Assembly (NCBI GenBank): GCA_002633005.1
Contig: NMRA01000034.1
Coordinates: 1,425,540 to 1,489,539 of the forward strand
Source: Phoronis australis
Lineage: Eukaryota > Animalia > Phoronida
Length of the DNA: 64,000 nt
Direction: 5' to 3'
The first letter of the stretch is position 1. Every line of letters begins with the position of its first letter. This document shows positions 15,001 through 30,000 of the stretch, in pieces. The notes under the pieces were generated by a model. The model searched no databases. It had not been told where the DNA came from and saw only the letters and a program-made list of their open reading frames with translations. The position numbers and the translations under genes were made by a program.

Positions 15001-18000
15001 CCTGTATTGCAGTAAGACTCAACATTGCAACCTTTTCGCAGGTTGTTCTAAGTATCAACAAAAGCCAGTTGTCGACATTTGTTGTGTATACTCTATCACT
15101 ACGCTTTATGGTGTCATCTAGACACTACTTGTACACATGATGTTGCTGTGTATATCCTATCTGACCGTACAAATTACATTCACATTCTGTCTATGTTTGT
15201 CAACAAGTAGACCAGTAACGAGAGGTATGGTGTAGACAGCAGTTAAATACTAGAATCAAGGTGGACACAAAACACAAATTTCTCTTTATTAATAGTTTAG
15301 TTAGGTACAACAATGAAATTATGAATAACCATAAGAAATATGACAAAGAAAATGTTTCTAATCCGAACATGTAGCAAACCTGCACAAGTCAAAAATTCCT
15401 ACGTGTAGCAAATTATGCCCAGCAACACAGAACTTACCATCTGGTCTTCGAACTCTTTTACATTTGACTGTATAGGCTCCATGGTGTAAAAGACAGCATT
15501 ACCTTTGGCCATGGGCAGAGAATTCCGGCTCTCTGACCGCGTAGTCACATTGTCACTACTGTCACCTACATGACAATAAAGGAATGTCATTATTAGGACT
15601 GTTCATATCAGATCGCACAAAAAACATTCCTGAGGACCATCATATTAGAATGTTTCATGATACCAAATTGAGCACAACGTAGTCCTACAATACCAACATC
15701 AGGATTGTGCATGACCTAATCCTACATATAGAACTCTAGCCCTGGAATGCCAACTTCAATCTGGCACTGCTGAGATTGCTCCATGCATGCGTGGAATTTA
15801 CTTGCATTCGTTTGCGCTGGTGTGGGTTCTTGGTATCGTCTCCGTCGGCTGCCGTGGCTTTGCAAGCGAAAGAACGGCATAGTCAGAAACTGAAGCCGCA
15901 TTTGGCGAGTAGAGCAACAAAAACTGAAATCGCATTTGGTGAGTAAGCCTCGAGCTCAGGGCGCCAACAGCAATTTCAGCTGGCAAGATGCAAGCTGGTA
16001 CTCACCAAATCGATACCTGCTTCACATATAGGTGCAGTAATTAAACACAAACTGCTCAACCACAGTAATTTAGTGTCTTTAAAGTTTTGGTTAAAACCTG
16101 AGTATTAATCATACGCAAGATATCGCGTAAGCAGCAAAAATTTGCAAACATATCTTTTTAACAACAATCAAACTCAGTTGTAAATATTTATGGACTCTAC
16201 TCACCTGTGGAGAAGACACTCAGTTGACCAGACTGTGTACTGCTGAAAGACCGCATGCTGTCTTCTCTCCCAATACGTCTACTTAATCGATGATCTGTAG
16301 TAGAACTGGAGTCTGATTCATAGGTCACCATACTATCATTCAACCCAGTATTCTGACCATCTGGACTGCGAAGTCCATCTGACAACTTGGATGACTTTGT
16401 TCGCAACAAATCCATGCTATCAGTGTCACTGCCCGAACCTCGCACATGAATAACCTTTGTCCTTTGACCTGATATTGATGTTGTCCTTGGTAGGAAGTCA
16501 ATAGATGGCTTCTGGTCCAGTGCCGTCTGGCTCAGTGATTTACTGTTAAGGTCATTTTCTGGTATACGCATGCTGTGCAGCAGGTCGTGCATGGATGAAC
16601 TCTTTCCTTTGTCCAATGCACCCACTCTGCGCCGTCGGTGAGGACGAGTAATGATTTCGGCATCCGTGTCATCCGACGTGTCTTGAAGTAGAAACAAGTT
16701 TTTGAACAAAATAATTCCAATAACATTTTAGCATGACCAGCATCAGATGTTTTGCATTCGTGAAGGACAATTCAACTTGTTTACATTTAATAGTTAGTTT
16801 TGAACAGTCATGCAAAATTGACAACATTGAATAATGTTAGGCATTTGATCGTACACTGAACCTTGTGTCCCTGCTTCACCATTGTCCATGGAAAATGGTG
16901 GAAAATCTTCCATTTTGATGTTGCATTTGGTGAGTTGAAATATTGAAGTTTAAATTTTGGTTTGGTAAGACAGTGATGTTTAGGATATCAGCACCCACAA
17001 TGTGACGTCACATTTAGTAAGCTGGAGTTTGCTAAATCGGACGCTGCATGGAATCTTTCAGTTAATCCTCATGTCAAGAGGCCCTGGCCGCCAAATTGAC
17101 CGTTAAGTTAATTTTCTAAGTAGTTTCTTGTCATTGCCATTGCCATTATGGGAAGCATTTTTTATTTGTTTTCAAACAAAAAGAGGTATTGACATTCAAA
17201 TCTGAACATGGCGAGTTGTTCTAAAAACTTAAGATATTACCTCATCTTTTGATGAAAATGAGAAATTTTGAGATGTTTGTTGTATATGGACCAGTTTCCC
17301 ATAGTTAAAAGAACTTTCAATGAAAAAGTCATGTTCAAAGCACACATTAACATATGACTGTCACGTGACTATAAATGAAAGCTGACATTTTAATACAGAA
17401 TATTCAGTCAGGATTTGGGAAATCCTTACTTTCATATGTTGAGTTTTAACTAACTAAGCCGTTTCACATTGCATCAAAAAGCCATCAAGCACCCCTACAG
17501 TTATTTGAAGAAATTTTGAAGAAGTTCACAAAGGTCGAAAATTCTGCTCAGCAGTGGGAAAGCAGGCAAGTAGTTAAGGCAGACAGGAGGTACTTGAAGG
17601 AGGCAGGTGGCTCTTGAATGAGGCGGGTGGTTCTTGAAGGAGGCGGGTGGTTCTTGAAGGAGGCGGGTGGTTCTTGAAGGAGGTGGGTGGTTCTTGAAGG
17701 AGGCGGGTGGTTCTTGAAGGAGGCGGGTGGTTCTTGAAGGATGCAGATGATAGTTGGAGGCAGATGATAAAATGGACAGGTGGCAGTTGAAGCAAGCATT
17801 AGATGAAGTGATGGGGTATTAGGCCGTGAATATGAAACTGTCAAGTGGCCAAATGACTATTGCAACGTGGCCGAGTGGGTTAAAAGCATATCTACAGTTC
17901 TTATGTGGTTTAACAGATAGTAGGACGATGCCAGAAAAAACGGAATCGAAATGGCCACAAGGTGGGGTAAAATATGTAAAAACCGTCTGAGAATGGACTG

Positions 18001-21000
18001 ACATAATCACCTCTTTAAATTTAACAGAAACCTATTCACCAAATTTCATGAAAATTTATAATAATTCCAAGATACAGAGACAAGGGCAAAAAAATAAAAT
18101 TGTCACTACGGGGAACATGGGTATGCAGATCGGTTAGACATTGGTCATCATATGTCACCAGCTTCCTAGATACACATCTGTCATCTGTCAACTATTTATG
18201 GATGCTTAGAGAACAAAGTTTTCACAAGAAGGCACAGCAGTAGTTGAATTTGACTGAAACTAGCTGTCACCAGTTGTCATCTTCATACTTTAGGAACACA
18301 TCACTCTGCTAAACTTTGTTAAGATCCTGCAAGGGGTTTAGCGGATACAGCTTCAGTGGACACAGGACTCCCAGAGAGTTTAAGACAATAATATGCACAT
18401 ATTAAAATTTCAAGAAACATTTCACCACTGTGTAATGCAAACATATACCTTAAATATTTCTAATGCGGCAGTAAAGTTGCTTAGCACTTGCGATACCAAA
18501 AAATTTAATGCCCCAAAAAACTTCATAAATTCAATGATCTTCCAGCATCTCAAGCACCTATACAATCTAATATCCAATATAAACTCAGCCTTTCATTTTT
18601 CCTGTTGTATCAAAAGGCCAATGTTTGACGAATTGGTTAAGGCATGAAATATTTTATGACATAATTTTTAAAATAGGCATAACCTATGGGTGGGCTGGTA
18701 AATGACCGGATTCTGTCGCTTAAGAGTTAAACACCCAGACAAGCAAACTTGTGCTGGTTGTATACAGCATACTAAGGATTCTCAGTAATCATCAATTTGT
18801 TGGCAAAATAATCTTTTTAACAATACTAAAATTTATAGTGCACTATATTGTTAAAATTGGACAAATTTATAGTAAGATAAAGTATTAAGAATCAAGTGGT
18901 TCATAACACATCATTGAACTCCAATGCTAGTTAAGTTGCATCTGTATTTAACAATTCAATTTTTGTAAATAATAAATTGTTTTAAAATTAAATCAACATT
19001 ATCAACAACTGTGTTTGTGTGAAATGGGATTTCTCAAAATAATAGTCACAAAACCCAAACTGCACTCAATCTGACTTTAAAAATATTGAGCAAAAACAAC
19101 AAGGCCAAAAAACAGCTGGCTCTTGAAGCAGCAATGTGGTACTTTGTTTTAGTTTAACTGGACACACCATACAACGCTATTCTTCTGAGAAAACAAATTT
19201 CGATCTTGATGTCACACGTGCGTGTACTCGATATATATAAATTTGAAATTAACTGCCAAACTATGGTCAAAAACTTTAACAACGTAATGACTCAATAGTC
19301 TATAGAAGTTTGAGAGAGAGAGAGGAAGTAATGAAAGTGAAAACTTTTGCCATTAATAAACCCTTTAAAGCTGGGAGGGGTTTTGCAACTTAAAAATGAT
19401 TCTAACCTTAAAGGGATGACAGAGATTTTTTTGACCAAACGAGGGGAATTTCACAATTTTAAAAAAATCAAGGGTCTTGTAGAACTATGCATGTTTTGGC
19501 CCAACCACTACAAACTACAGAGGTAACAGCAACACATATCTGTGCAGTAAGACGACAACATAACTGAACAAGATGGCAACATGCCTATTACTTGTCTCAC
19601 AACACTCTAAAGTGTTACCAAATCTGAGTTCCGTAGATGCAAGAATCTCGTGCACGAAGCTAGTGCAGTCACATGCTTCATGTGTACTACATGGTGATAT
19701 CTCGCGGTCTTGCATGATCATTTGTACTACATGGTGATATCTCGCGGTCTTGCGTGATCTTGCACATTTACGAGGTTCTTGTGCCTACGGAACGCATACT
19801 GGGATTATTCGATTAGAAACGTGCAACGCGATTCCTAAGGCAAACTAATAATAAAAATAAACCAAATGGAACACCTTGACTGGGTAAGTTACCAGGTCTG
19901 TTACTGACGTGTGGCCTCGACGTAACTGTGTGAACTAAAAGTCAAAACACTGATTAACATGCAAAAAAGTGAGACAATCTGGAAGGCTTAAATGAGAAAG
20001 ACTAACATAATGAGTGAATTTTTCTCAAATAGAGGACTTTAAAGTCACAAACAGACAAACAGGTCCTCGCTCACTTATTTAATATGTTATGACAAAAACA
20101 CACCCTCGTCAGCAAATCAACTAAAAACATTTTTTGTTTCGACTTTAAAGCGACATTATCGTGTTCACAGTCAATGCAGTTTTGGAATTGTTATTGGATA
20201 GGAGGCTTTCTGTAGTAAAAACTTTTGAACAAATTTACAAAACAATAAAATTCAATATATTTTTATGAGTTTATTATAAATTGTCAATTATCGCTACTGA
20301 CTGCCCGACATTTGCTGAAATCAAGGGTGTGACTAACACTTTAAAATACTCTGCCATTGAGCGAGTTAGATTTAGCTCAGCAGCAGTGCATTGGCTGTGA
20401 CCGCGAAGTTCACGGTCCGGGTCTGCATTGGGGGTATTCTCAGGAAAACCACCTTTCTCGCCGACAACAGACGTGATTTTTCAAGACAACACTGCACAGT
20501 TTGAAAACACTACTGAGACATGTGTAGATTTACGAAAGAAGACTCAAACAGTTGCATAGTAAGTAGAAATTCACAGCAATTCTTAGGAAAGCTCTGTTTG
20601 AGCCAAGATAAGACATAAAAACAACATCTGGACAGCAAACAATCAATCATGCTTCCAATTATCCATGTCTTCACAATAACACATTAAATCAGCATGTCAT
20701 CCATGCCTTTACTAAAACAAATTAAACCAGCATGACTTACCAGTATAGCTTCTAGGTAAACGCAACGCCCTGGGCTTGAACAAACTACTTGAGCCTGGCA
20801 GACTAATGTCATCTTTAGCCAGACTAATAGGACGGAACGGAGAGTAGGCATATGTGCGCTGATTGGCCTTTTGATAACGAGGCTGATATTCTGTTGGCTC
20901 ATCAATACTGAGAACTGTGGCAGTGGCAGATGAGAGATACTCATCAGTTTTTCTTCTGTTTTGAAGTTCAGAGCTGGAAAGTAAAAGAAATTATTTTCTT

Positions 21001-24000
21001 TTTCAGGATGCAAAAACGATACACCATACTGAATGCAAGTGTCAAAGATCAAGAAACATGCCAATCAAATGCAAATTAGTGAGTTTTTAGTTAAATCATG
21101 CCCAACGCGTTAACCTTAATAGGCAAGTGCAGCTTACAAGATTAGATTAAAATAGGTGCGGATTATGTATCTGCAAGACTAGTGTATCCTGTTTTGAAGT
21201 GCAGCTTCTAAAGATGTAAGAGCAATTTGTTTGTATGAAAGTGAAGTTCTTTAGATGCAAGGGCGGCTCATTTGTATGTAAGTATAGCTTGTTTATAATT
21301 ACAAAAGTGAAACTTGTTCATTTGTACGACGTGCATCATATCACATGCAGGCACAGCGACTTGTTTATAGTTATGTAAGTGTAGCATGCTTACAAAATAA
21401 TAATAGCTTGTTTATCTTAGTGCGGGTTGTTTATGTGTAAGTATAGCTTATTCATTAATTTGTAAATGCAACTTAAGATGCAGGTGCAGCTTATTTATAT
21501 GTAAGTTAGCTTGTTATGACACAGCTTATTTCCATTGTGTACTTCATCTTCTGTTGAGCTCAAAATCTAAAGCATTGCTCCTTCAAGCAATGAAAATAAT
21601 ACAAAATTGCAACTCTGAATTCCAATAACAATACCCTAAAATCCAGAGCTGGACCAACCAAGCGTATGGCGCAAATTCTTAAACCCAAATGCTATTTCAG
21701 TTAGCAACTTTTAAAAGCCATCTGCAATGTGAAAGTGCGTTATTTTAATATTTGCAATTTTAGGGTTGGCTAACCAGCCAACTCAAAAAACTCTGAAGTG
21801 TTTCCCTGGGTCATTGATGGTTTCGATGTTCTTGTTGCCAACGGAAACAGAATCCTATCACAGTAAAAACTATTACAAGACTGATTTTATGAAAGCAAAA
21901 GGACCAGACGAGTTCAATTTTTCATTGTTAGCCACTTAAACATTGTGAAATGCAGTTTTAAAATCATGACAAAAACATTGCACCAAGTGTAACAAAAGAT
22001 ATTTTCAACTTTCACTTAGAAAGTCATTCAAATGCAAAATGCTACTCAATCCATCTCACTGCAGTGCTTGATGCTTAGCTTGCTGCCAAGCCAACAAATT
22101 TAAGCGCATGTTTGATATGTGCTGACAGCTGAGGGTGACAAATGAATTGAATTCACAGAACAATTGCGAAACAAAAGTATAGAATCTAAAAAAATGTAAT
22201 TTAAAGTTTGGAAGCCACCATAAACTTTGAATGAATTTTAGGGTAACTATTGTCTTACCTTGATACTCACTGTGGCAACTTTGTGCCCACTTGGGATCTT
22301 CCCAGGTGGGCAAACACAGGCTGGGCAGAGTTCAGTAACATTAGGATCTCATAAAAAGTAAGACTTTGCGAGGTTCTAGGTCCTACCATTAATGAACTCT
22401 ACCCTGAAGTTGCAGTGAGGACGACCCACACATCACCAGATTAAGTGCAGACTGAATCTAATCGAACCCCAGGCAATTGAGTTAAGAGACACTTTACTGT
22501 AATTGTCACATGATTGTGTGAGTGAACATGTCCTTACATGGATGGCATGCGTCCATTAACTGCCTCATACAGCTTGACCAGAAGTTCCTCCTGCCAGAAC
22601 AAGTCACAGTACTTCTCAGTAATGGCATTCGCAAATGTGAGTAACTTCAAGTTCCCCAAGGACGCTACGTACTCCGCTGAAATGTAAAAATACCTAACAG
22701 GTTAGAGCCACAAATCATGTGTTCATAGCCTCATTTTAGACCTAGTTAGTTTTTGTGGTGGAGGCATGGTCTATAGCGACTATAAAGGGTAAAAAACTAG
22801 AGCCTTTTTCAAAAAACAACTTTAGGTTTTGAACACTAACTGCTATGACCTTGACCTCTTTACTCCAATCAAAACTGATGCGTAGCCTTAAGAACTCATA
22901 CTTCATTATTTTTTCAGACAAGGCTTGTTCAATGTGTAAATTGCTTGTCACAGTAAGTTAGTTTCATGCCAAAGCAATATGCCCATCAGGGGAATTGTAC
23001 GTGATTTTTGTAAATAATTTCAATACAAACACAACAATGTTGCTTTGGAAAAGCAAAATTAATACACCTGAGAAGGAAGTTGGTGTTTTCAACACCAGAA
23101 TTATAATGGTTTTAATCAAGCCAATTCAAAAGTGATTCGTGAAAAACAAATAAATCTGCAACAGTATCTATTGATGACATTGTTAATATAAGAAAGGATA
23201 CGAGATTGAAACGTGTATTTCGTCATGTTAAGCACTCACTTAAAACATATTTTCGAGTTGTTAACCGATTAGAATTTTCATACACTATTGGGTCAAACCA
23301 AGCCTGAATAAAGAGGATCAACGATACTTAGATCAGTTACCCATCAATGTCACAACCCCATTTTGAACAGTTGCAATCAGTGGGAAAGTATAACTTCTGG
23401 ACTTAAATTGTCACAGCTCTTGTGAAAACTTCACAGTTACGCAACACACCACTAATGGAAAAGGTGAACTCCATTCCGACCACAGTAATTGCATGAGGTC
23501 GTGACACACAACACAAGTATTCAATCAACACACCATGATGTGGGAGTTGAGAGTCAAATGTACTTAGTTATGACCAATGTGCTCCAAGAGAATGTGTCGT
23601 GATTGATCTATTTTTGAACAAGATTCTTTGTGTGGCGATTATAGAGTTTCAGGGATAGCCAACACAGGTAAAATCAATGAGGTTTTGAAGTATTTTTAAC
23701 CCATTTGCATGTTCTTGGTTACAGAAAACATGCCCTGCCTTAGTAAGGAAAACTTTGAGACTGGTTTTGGAAGAGCATGAGGCTAATTCTTTTTTGTTTT
23801 TGAACAAGTCTAACAAGAAAAAAAATTAATGCAGTTTTAAAGAAACTCACCCATAGCAGTATCTTCCACACCATTTTCCAGATATCCATCAAAGGCAAAC
23901 TCTTCACGAATCAGCTTAACAACACGGCTCAGGATTTGTTGGATTCGCAGGGTATCTGGATTCAACAGTCGCTCCACCAACGACGCTGGGGGAAGTGACA

Positions 24001-27000
24001 CATTATTCAGTCCACAAACACCACTGTCACGTGACAATGACGGTGACGGGGGAGGGATTGGAGACAGGAGAGGGAGCATGTTCGACTCATCAACTTGTTC
24101 GCTATTTGACAATGATGCACTCTTGTGTGGGGAATCTTCACTGGGTAGAGACAGTGGCAGACGGGACTCAGAAGGGGCACTCCGAGGTTTCTTAACATGT
24201 CCACCAGATGGGGATGATGTTTGCTCGATACTTGTGGACGATGTTGGTGTTGTCCTATCTTCATTTTTATGCAATTTACGAGATCTAGACCCTTCTTTAG
24301 CTTTATCTCGAGGGGACTGCTCCGAATTTCCTGTTCCTTGATTCAAATCAGTACTTACTTTCTTCTTTAGAATACTACGAGGTCTACGCTCTTCTTTGAA
24401 ATTGCCACCAGAGAGACTGCGATCCAGATCAGACTCTGAGGCACTGCTCATTGAAACGTCCTCCTTTGTGACTGAACTGCTACTCATTTTTTTACCAATC
24501 TTTTCTTTGTGTTCTGATTCTGACAAGCCATCGTTTACATCAGTGGAACTTTGCCTCGGTGGCTTCCCTTGTTTCTTAGATATCTTATCATTCATGCCAT
24601 TCCTACTTGGTGGCAAGGGAGCTGCTGATTTGGGGGTCTTCGTCAACTCAGCAACACCAGGTTTTTCCTTTACATTAGAGTTTTCGTGAATGGGAGACTT
24701 TGTGGAATTGTCCAAAATCCTGTCACGACTTGATGAACGAGTTCGCTTTGACTTGGAATGCAATGTTTCTTTGTCCCGTCCAGTGGAACGAGACTGTTTG
24801 ATTTTGTCAGTATTTTTCTTATTGAGACTGGCTTCCTCAAGGTCAATTGTATCGTCAACAAAAATCTCTTCTTGTTTACTCTGCCCCCTTGTCTTTTTGT
24901 CTAACTTGATTCCAACATCTGATTCAGTTCTCTTCGAGGCATGAGGTTGCATCTTGTCAATTCTTGCACTAGACATGTCAGATTTCGACTTAACCACGGG
25001 CTTTTTAGACCTTTCTCCAAGGGCATTGTTGCTAGTTTGAAAACTTTGCTGTTCAGAAGACCTGTTAGTAACAGGCTTATTGCTTTGCAAGGTTGTAGTG
25101 CCCTCTGGCTGTGACACTGGGCTTCCTGTTGTGGGAAACTGAACTGGGATGGCAGGCATGGCCACTGGTACTAGTTGGAAAAGTCCAGTCTGCGGGTCCT
25201 GCTGCAGCTGGAAGTTGGGGAACATTCCCTGTGGAACACCAGTGCCTGCAACCAATGGTATAGGCTGTGCTGTTGGAGCCTGGACAGGAATAGTTGGCGG
25301 CACCGGCATTGTGTGAGGAACTGATTGGACAGCTGTAAATGTTGGTGATGACTGATTGTGTACTTGAGAGGGAGCTGCAACTGCAAGAGGAACAGAACAC
25401 ACAGCAGTAGACTCGACAGTGGTAGATGAGAAAGTGCTGGCGGCTGAAGGAACAGTCGACAAGTTTGCATTGGAATCTGGCTTTTGACTTACTGGGACAG
25501 ACTTGAGTGTTTTCGATAACAATTTGTCACCTCCCACCTCATTTTCAATGTCGGCAGCAATGTTAATGGGCGCACGGTTTTTTATTAAATTTTTCTTCAG
25601 CTGTTTTAAGTTCCGCGCAACTTTGATTTCCTTCTCCGTCGGTGTTCGTGTCATATCTCCCGCAGCTGGTTTTGGCTTGATGGATTTCGCAGACGCATGG
25701 TCTCCAGAAAGTACAATCGGAGTGAAGTGAGTTGCGGAAGAACTAAATGCCGATGGAATTCTGGCAGGATCGACAGAGAGTGGCTTTGTGTTTGCTGGTA
25801 TGGTGCTACGGAATGCTGAAGGGGGGTCAAGATGCACAGGACTACCAGCTAACTGTGAACTCTGCTGGTCAACACCTGTTTTCTCACTTGTTTTCAACTG
25901 GGTTGACATGATACCTGGTCTCTTGTGCAACATTGAGTGAACCTCCATTTCACTAGGTTTGGACGTCTGAAAATAAAGTCATAATGCTCTTAGAATTGTA
26001 ATAAAACCAACATCACTGAAACCTTACAGAAATAAATTCCACAGTATTCTAATAACAATTACTTCTTCAATTTACATTACTGAATTGCAGACAAGAGGGT
26101 TTTCTTCTCATGTCGAAAATGACCAATTTACTTCAAAAATGTTATTTGGTGGATTCCAATACGTGTGCATTGGTTGACCTAGAAAACATTATCCAATCAG
26201 AGCCAGTCTAATAGCTAGTTATGGGTGTCACTGTCTTAGTATAAGCAGGAAGGGTGGTTATCTCTTCCTGGTATCAGATAAAGGACCAGTACTGCTAATG
26301 AGCCAACCGTATTCATCCGTGCTATCGCTCATTAACCCCTGAAACTTCCAAATTTTACTTTTAAACATAGTATACATGCTCACTTCAACCAGCACTCTCA
26401 ATTTATATGATCAAGACTATTTAAAAAGTGGTTGACTGTGTTTGACAGTAAACGCCCATTTCATGAGAATTTTAGCTCCTAAAACATACCCAATTTGCGC
26501 ACAATTTTAAAACATTCCCACTAAAGGAAGTTAATAACCTCTAGGGAGTGAAAATCAAATCATCGATGCTCTCCTCAACAGGAATATGCTTATAGCCTTT
26601 CACAACTCTTCACAAAGTTTGTAGGATACGGAGGCAGACAACAAAGGACAGACACAAAAACAATGAAAAAGTCACTAGATGAGGGGGCACACCATAGATC
26701 AAACCTGCTTGAAACAGGGCTTGTAACGTTGTCTACGAGACAGCCCATGGACCTATTTTCAGAAATTCCTGGTTTTTGTTATACAATAGCTGAAGGTGAT
26801 TTTGCTCTGTTGAAATGGTGCTTATGAATGAATGCAAAAGTTTCAAGCTTTCACCAGAGTTTTGTTTCCTATTATTCAGCGCATGTTTTATTCTGACTAA
26901 TTCCAACAGGTAAAGTCAGTGCTTTATGGACAGTATAGTTCCACAGACTTAGCTATCCTGTTGTAAAGATCAAGCAAAAACAGAACATAAATTTCTATCC

Positions 27001-30000
27001 TAAAACTTATCTACCGTATATGCATGCCTGCAGTAAGTCGCGTGCAGTCACTGAGATATTAAACAACTTTGAACAAGAATCAGTTATTGGTTCTTATTCT
27101 ACAAAAAATCTTTTTGCAGTTTTACCAAACTGAACTCAATGATTAAAGCTGAAAAGGTAATACAAGTTTTGAAATTTATTTTCTTGATTATTCTCATTTA
27201 AATCAGCTAGTTTTCTAACACTGAAAGGGAAAATAAAACAAAAAGTCAAAACAAGAATTCAATTCAATCTAACAACAGAACCAATGTCTTCCAGCTTACA
27301 ATGGTTATGACCTGGGAAGTCAGCATGGCTATTCATTGGAAATAGTCCCAATTCACTTTTAACTGGACAATTTTCCACATGGCTGATTCACAAAGGGAGT
27401 ACCAGCTCTGCTAAGGGTGGATAAAAGCTGCTCTGACCTTTATAAGGCTTTTCCCACTGGCTCTGAAGCTTTGGTGTTGCCAAAGCTTTGGTCAATGGGA
27501 ACACTTAACTTCGGTCTTGAATCGAGGTTAACAACACAGGTCAACTCCGAACTAAAGAGGTGGAATTAACAGCGAAGCATCGACGCTTCGCTACAATGGG
27601 AACACTTAACTTCGATGTCATCGGACTTATCGGCAGGGGTCTCTGCCTGCGTTTGCCCACAGCTGGCGGTGACTGGTTACTATTTGTTAATATTTTGTTC
27701 TAATAATCATTATTTTGCCAGTATACGCATTATGTTTCAATTTATCCACATATTTGCTGTGCCCAACATCTTTTGTGAACCCACTCACCGATGATAATTC
27801 AGGTTGAGGTAAAATTCAGTTCAACCCAAGAGCATGGACTGTCAAGAAAATTTAGAAGAAGTGTAAATTTTGTCCGCCAAGTAATCTTGGACTAACAGAC
27901 CTTGAAAGAAAATCCTAGAAAAATTTTGTAGCTCTTTGCATAAAGATACAACCAAGCATTGTGCAAATTTCAGAGATGTGGAACTTACGACATAATCCGT
28001 CCCCAAGATCTTATAAAAACATGGTCATGTGACAATCAGACTCATTTCTTGCGACTAAAATATTCGTTGCATGTACATTATACATATTATTTATATGTGA
28101 TAATCAAGAATTTTAGTATACATCAGTTCAGTTTTATGAACAAGTATCAGTATTGAAAACGGTAAACACAGTGCTTAATTCAAAGAACTGCTGTTTAGCA
28201 CAAATACCTCAGCAAGCAAACATAGAAATCACCTGGTAGCTGAACAGTGGCTTAAAAGGACCAATGGTAAAGGTCACCCCAAGATGATCAGAAGTCTTGT
28301 AGAGTTGACATCAAGTGACCACTTGCATAGTCCTTCCAGACAAACCTCACTTCCATACCATAAACCACCATTAAACAAAATACCCTTTAAACCTTGCCAA
28401 CACAGCCTGAGCTGTTGAAATACCAGTTATATTCACAGTCATTTACCCTGCCTTTCAGCTTGCAGATAATAGTTAGCTTTTCCCAGTGAACAGCTAGACT
28501 AGAGTAAACACCCATTGTGTTGGGGTCATTGTATGGATATGAAAGGACATGTTTGGATATACACAAGTTCAGAGAGTTATGATGTCAACCAAAGAGATGA
28601 ATTGGAAATTCTAACAGTCTAAGAGTTGACAAGTTTTTGAAAGTAAATTGTTGTTGAGTACAAGCCAACATGAATATATAATAGTGGGCTATTTTCACAC
28701 TTAGCTGCCTCTAAAGTTACACATTAAGTAGTTAAAATTAAGGTCCGTGATACTTTAATTGTACAACATTAGCACATAAATGAATTTACTGATTATTACC
28801 TTTGCAGCACACAGACACATCTCAACACTTAGTAGTGTTGTGGATACGCATATCGCAAACAAAAGAAAATAAATGCTGTGGAAAGCTTAAGTGGAAAAAA
28901 TTCCCAAGACACACATTTTCTATTCGCAAACTAAACATTCATCAGGACTAATAAATACAACTTAAAAACCATAATTTATCATGCCAGGACCTGTAATTTG
29001 TTAAGTCAGGACCAAATTTAAGACATCAGGACAGAAAATTTATCACGCCAGGATCGAAAATTTATTACGCTTGGACCGAAAATTTATCACTGACAGCAGT
29101 ACAGAAACTTTTCATGCAAGACCATGTGACCATCCGCAAGCAGGTGGCCACGAACACGTGGACCTCATTCATGGAGAGAGACAGCGATCGGCTGATTGGT
29201 GATTTAAGAGATCTTGTAATAACCTTTCAGAGAATCATCTTCATTAAATAATGTAATGCGAGCTGTGTCTTTGTAATACTCAGCCATATTTACGTATAAT
29301 GTGTCCAAGTGTACATTGACATCAGAAAGTCAACATCATTGTCATGACGACATAATAGTCGTGGGCGAGACATTGCTGAATGCTTAGCCCTTAATTGTGT
29401 ATGTGGTCTCCTGACATAAAAAATTTTTGGTGTGATAAATTTTCAATCCTGGTGTGATAAATTTTCGGTACTGGCTTGATAAATTTTCAGCCATGCTGAC
29501 GTGTAAAATTTTGGTCTGTGTGATAAATTATAGGGTTCTTGACTAGAATGTATAGAAATTTTTCCGCTTTGGCTTTCTGTAAGTGGCAACCTTATCATTT
29601 CATTCCTGTTTCACCTCCCATCCATTACAGGAAGACACAGGGATTGAAAGCTTCACTAAATCATGTGTGGTCATGCATAGTGGTTTCTGTATTATCACAT
29701 TTTAATCTCACCAGACAAGCACCTGCACAATACCAATAGCAACGCATGGTAATTGTGGTTGCATTAGTCCAGTGTGTAAATATCAGAGAATAAATAATGA
29801 GACTTATAAAAAAGAAATCTCAGCTATAGTGAGAAAATTGATGTTTGTGACACATATTTACCTGGCAAATGTTTGTGAGATAGTATTCAATAGGAAAAGC
29901 GAACCCAGACATTGACCCACAACAAAACAATGGAAACATGAAGAGCATCCAATAAGAGGTCTTCATAACCACTCATATTGGCGCAGTTACTAGGGGAGAA

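Noticed and set aside
17548-17844. Pro-rich repetitive ORFs on the KNDC1 strand
   Set aside because: Product of a 20-bp minisatellite whose period is not a multiple of 3; exons 10 and 11 join in phase without it
20684-21064. 126-aa ORF as listed
   Set aside because: The true exon (20741-20973) uses a different frame dictated by splice phase
23995-25730. Several antisense and alternate-frame ORFs over the large exon
   Set aside because: Shadow ORFs of a long low-complexity coding exon; no independent motifs or splice support
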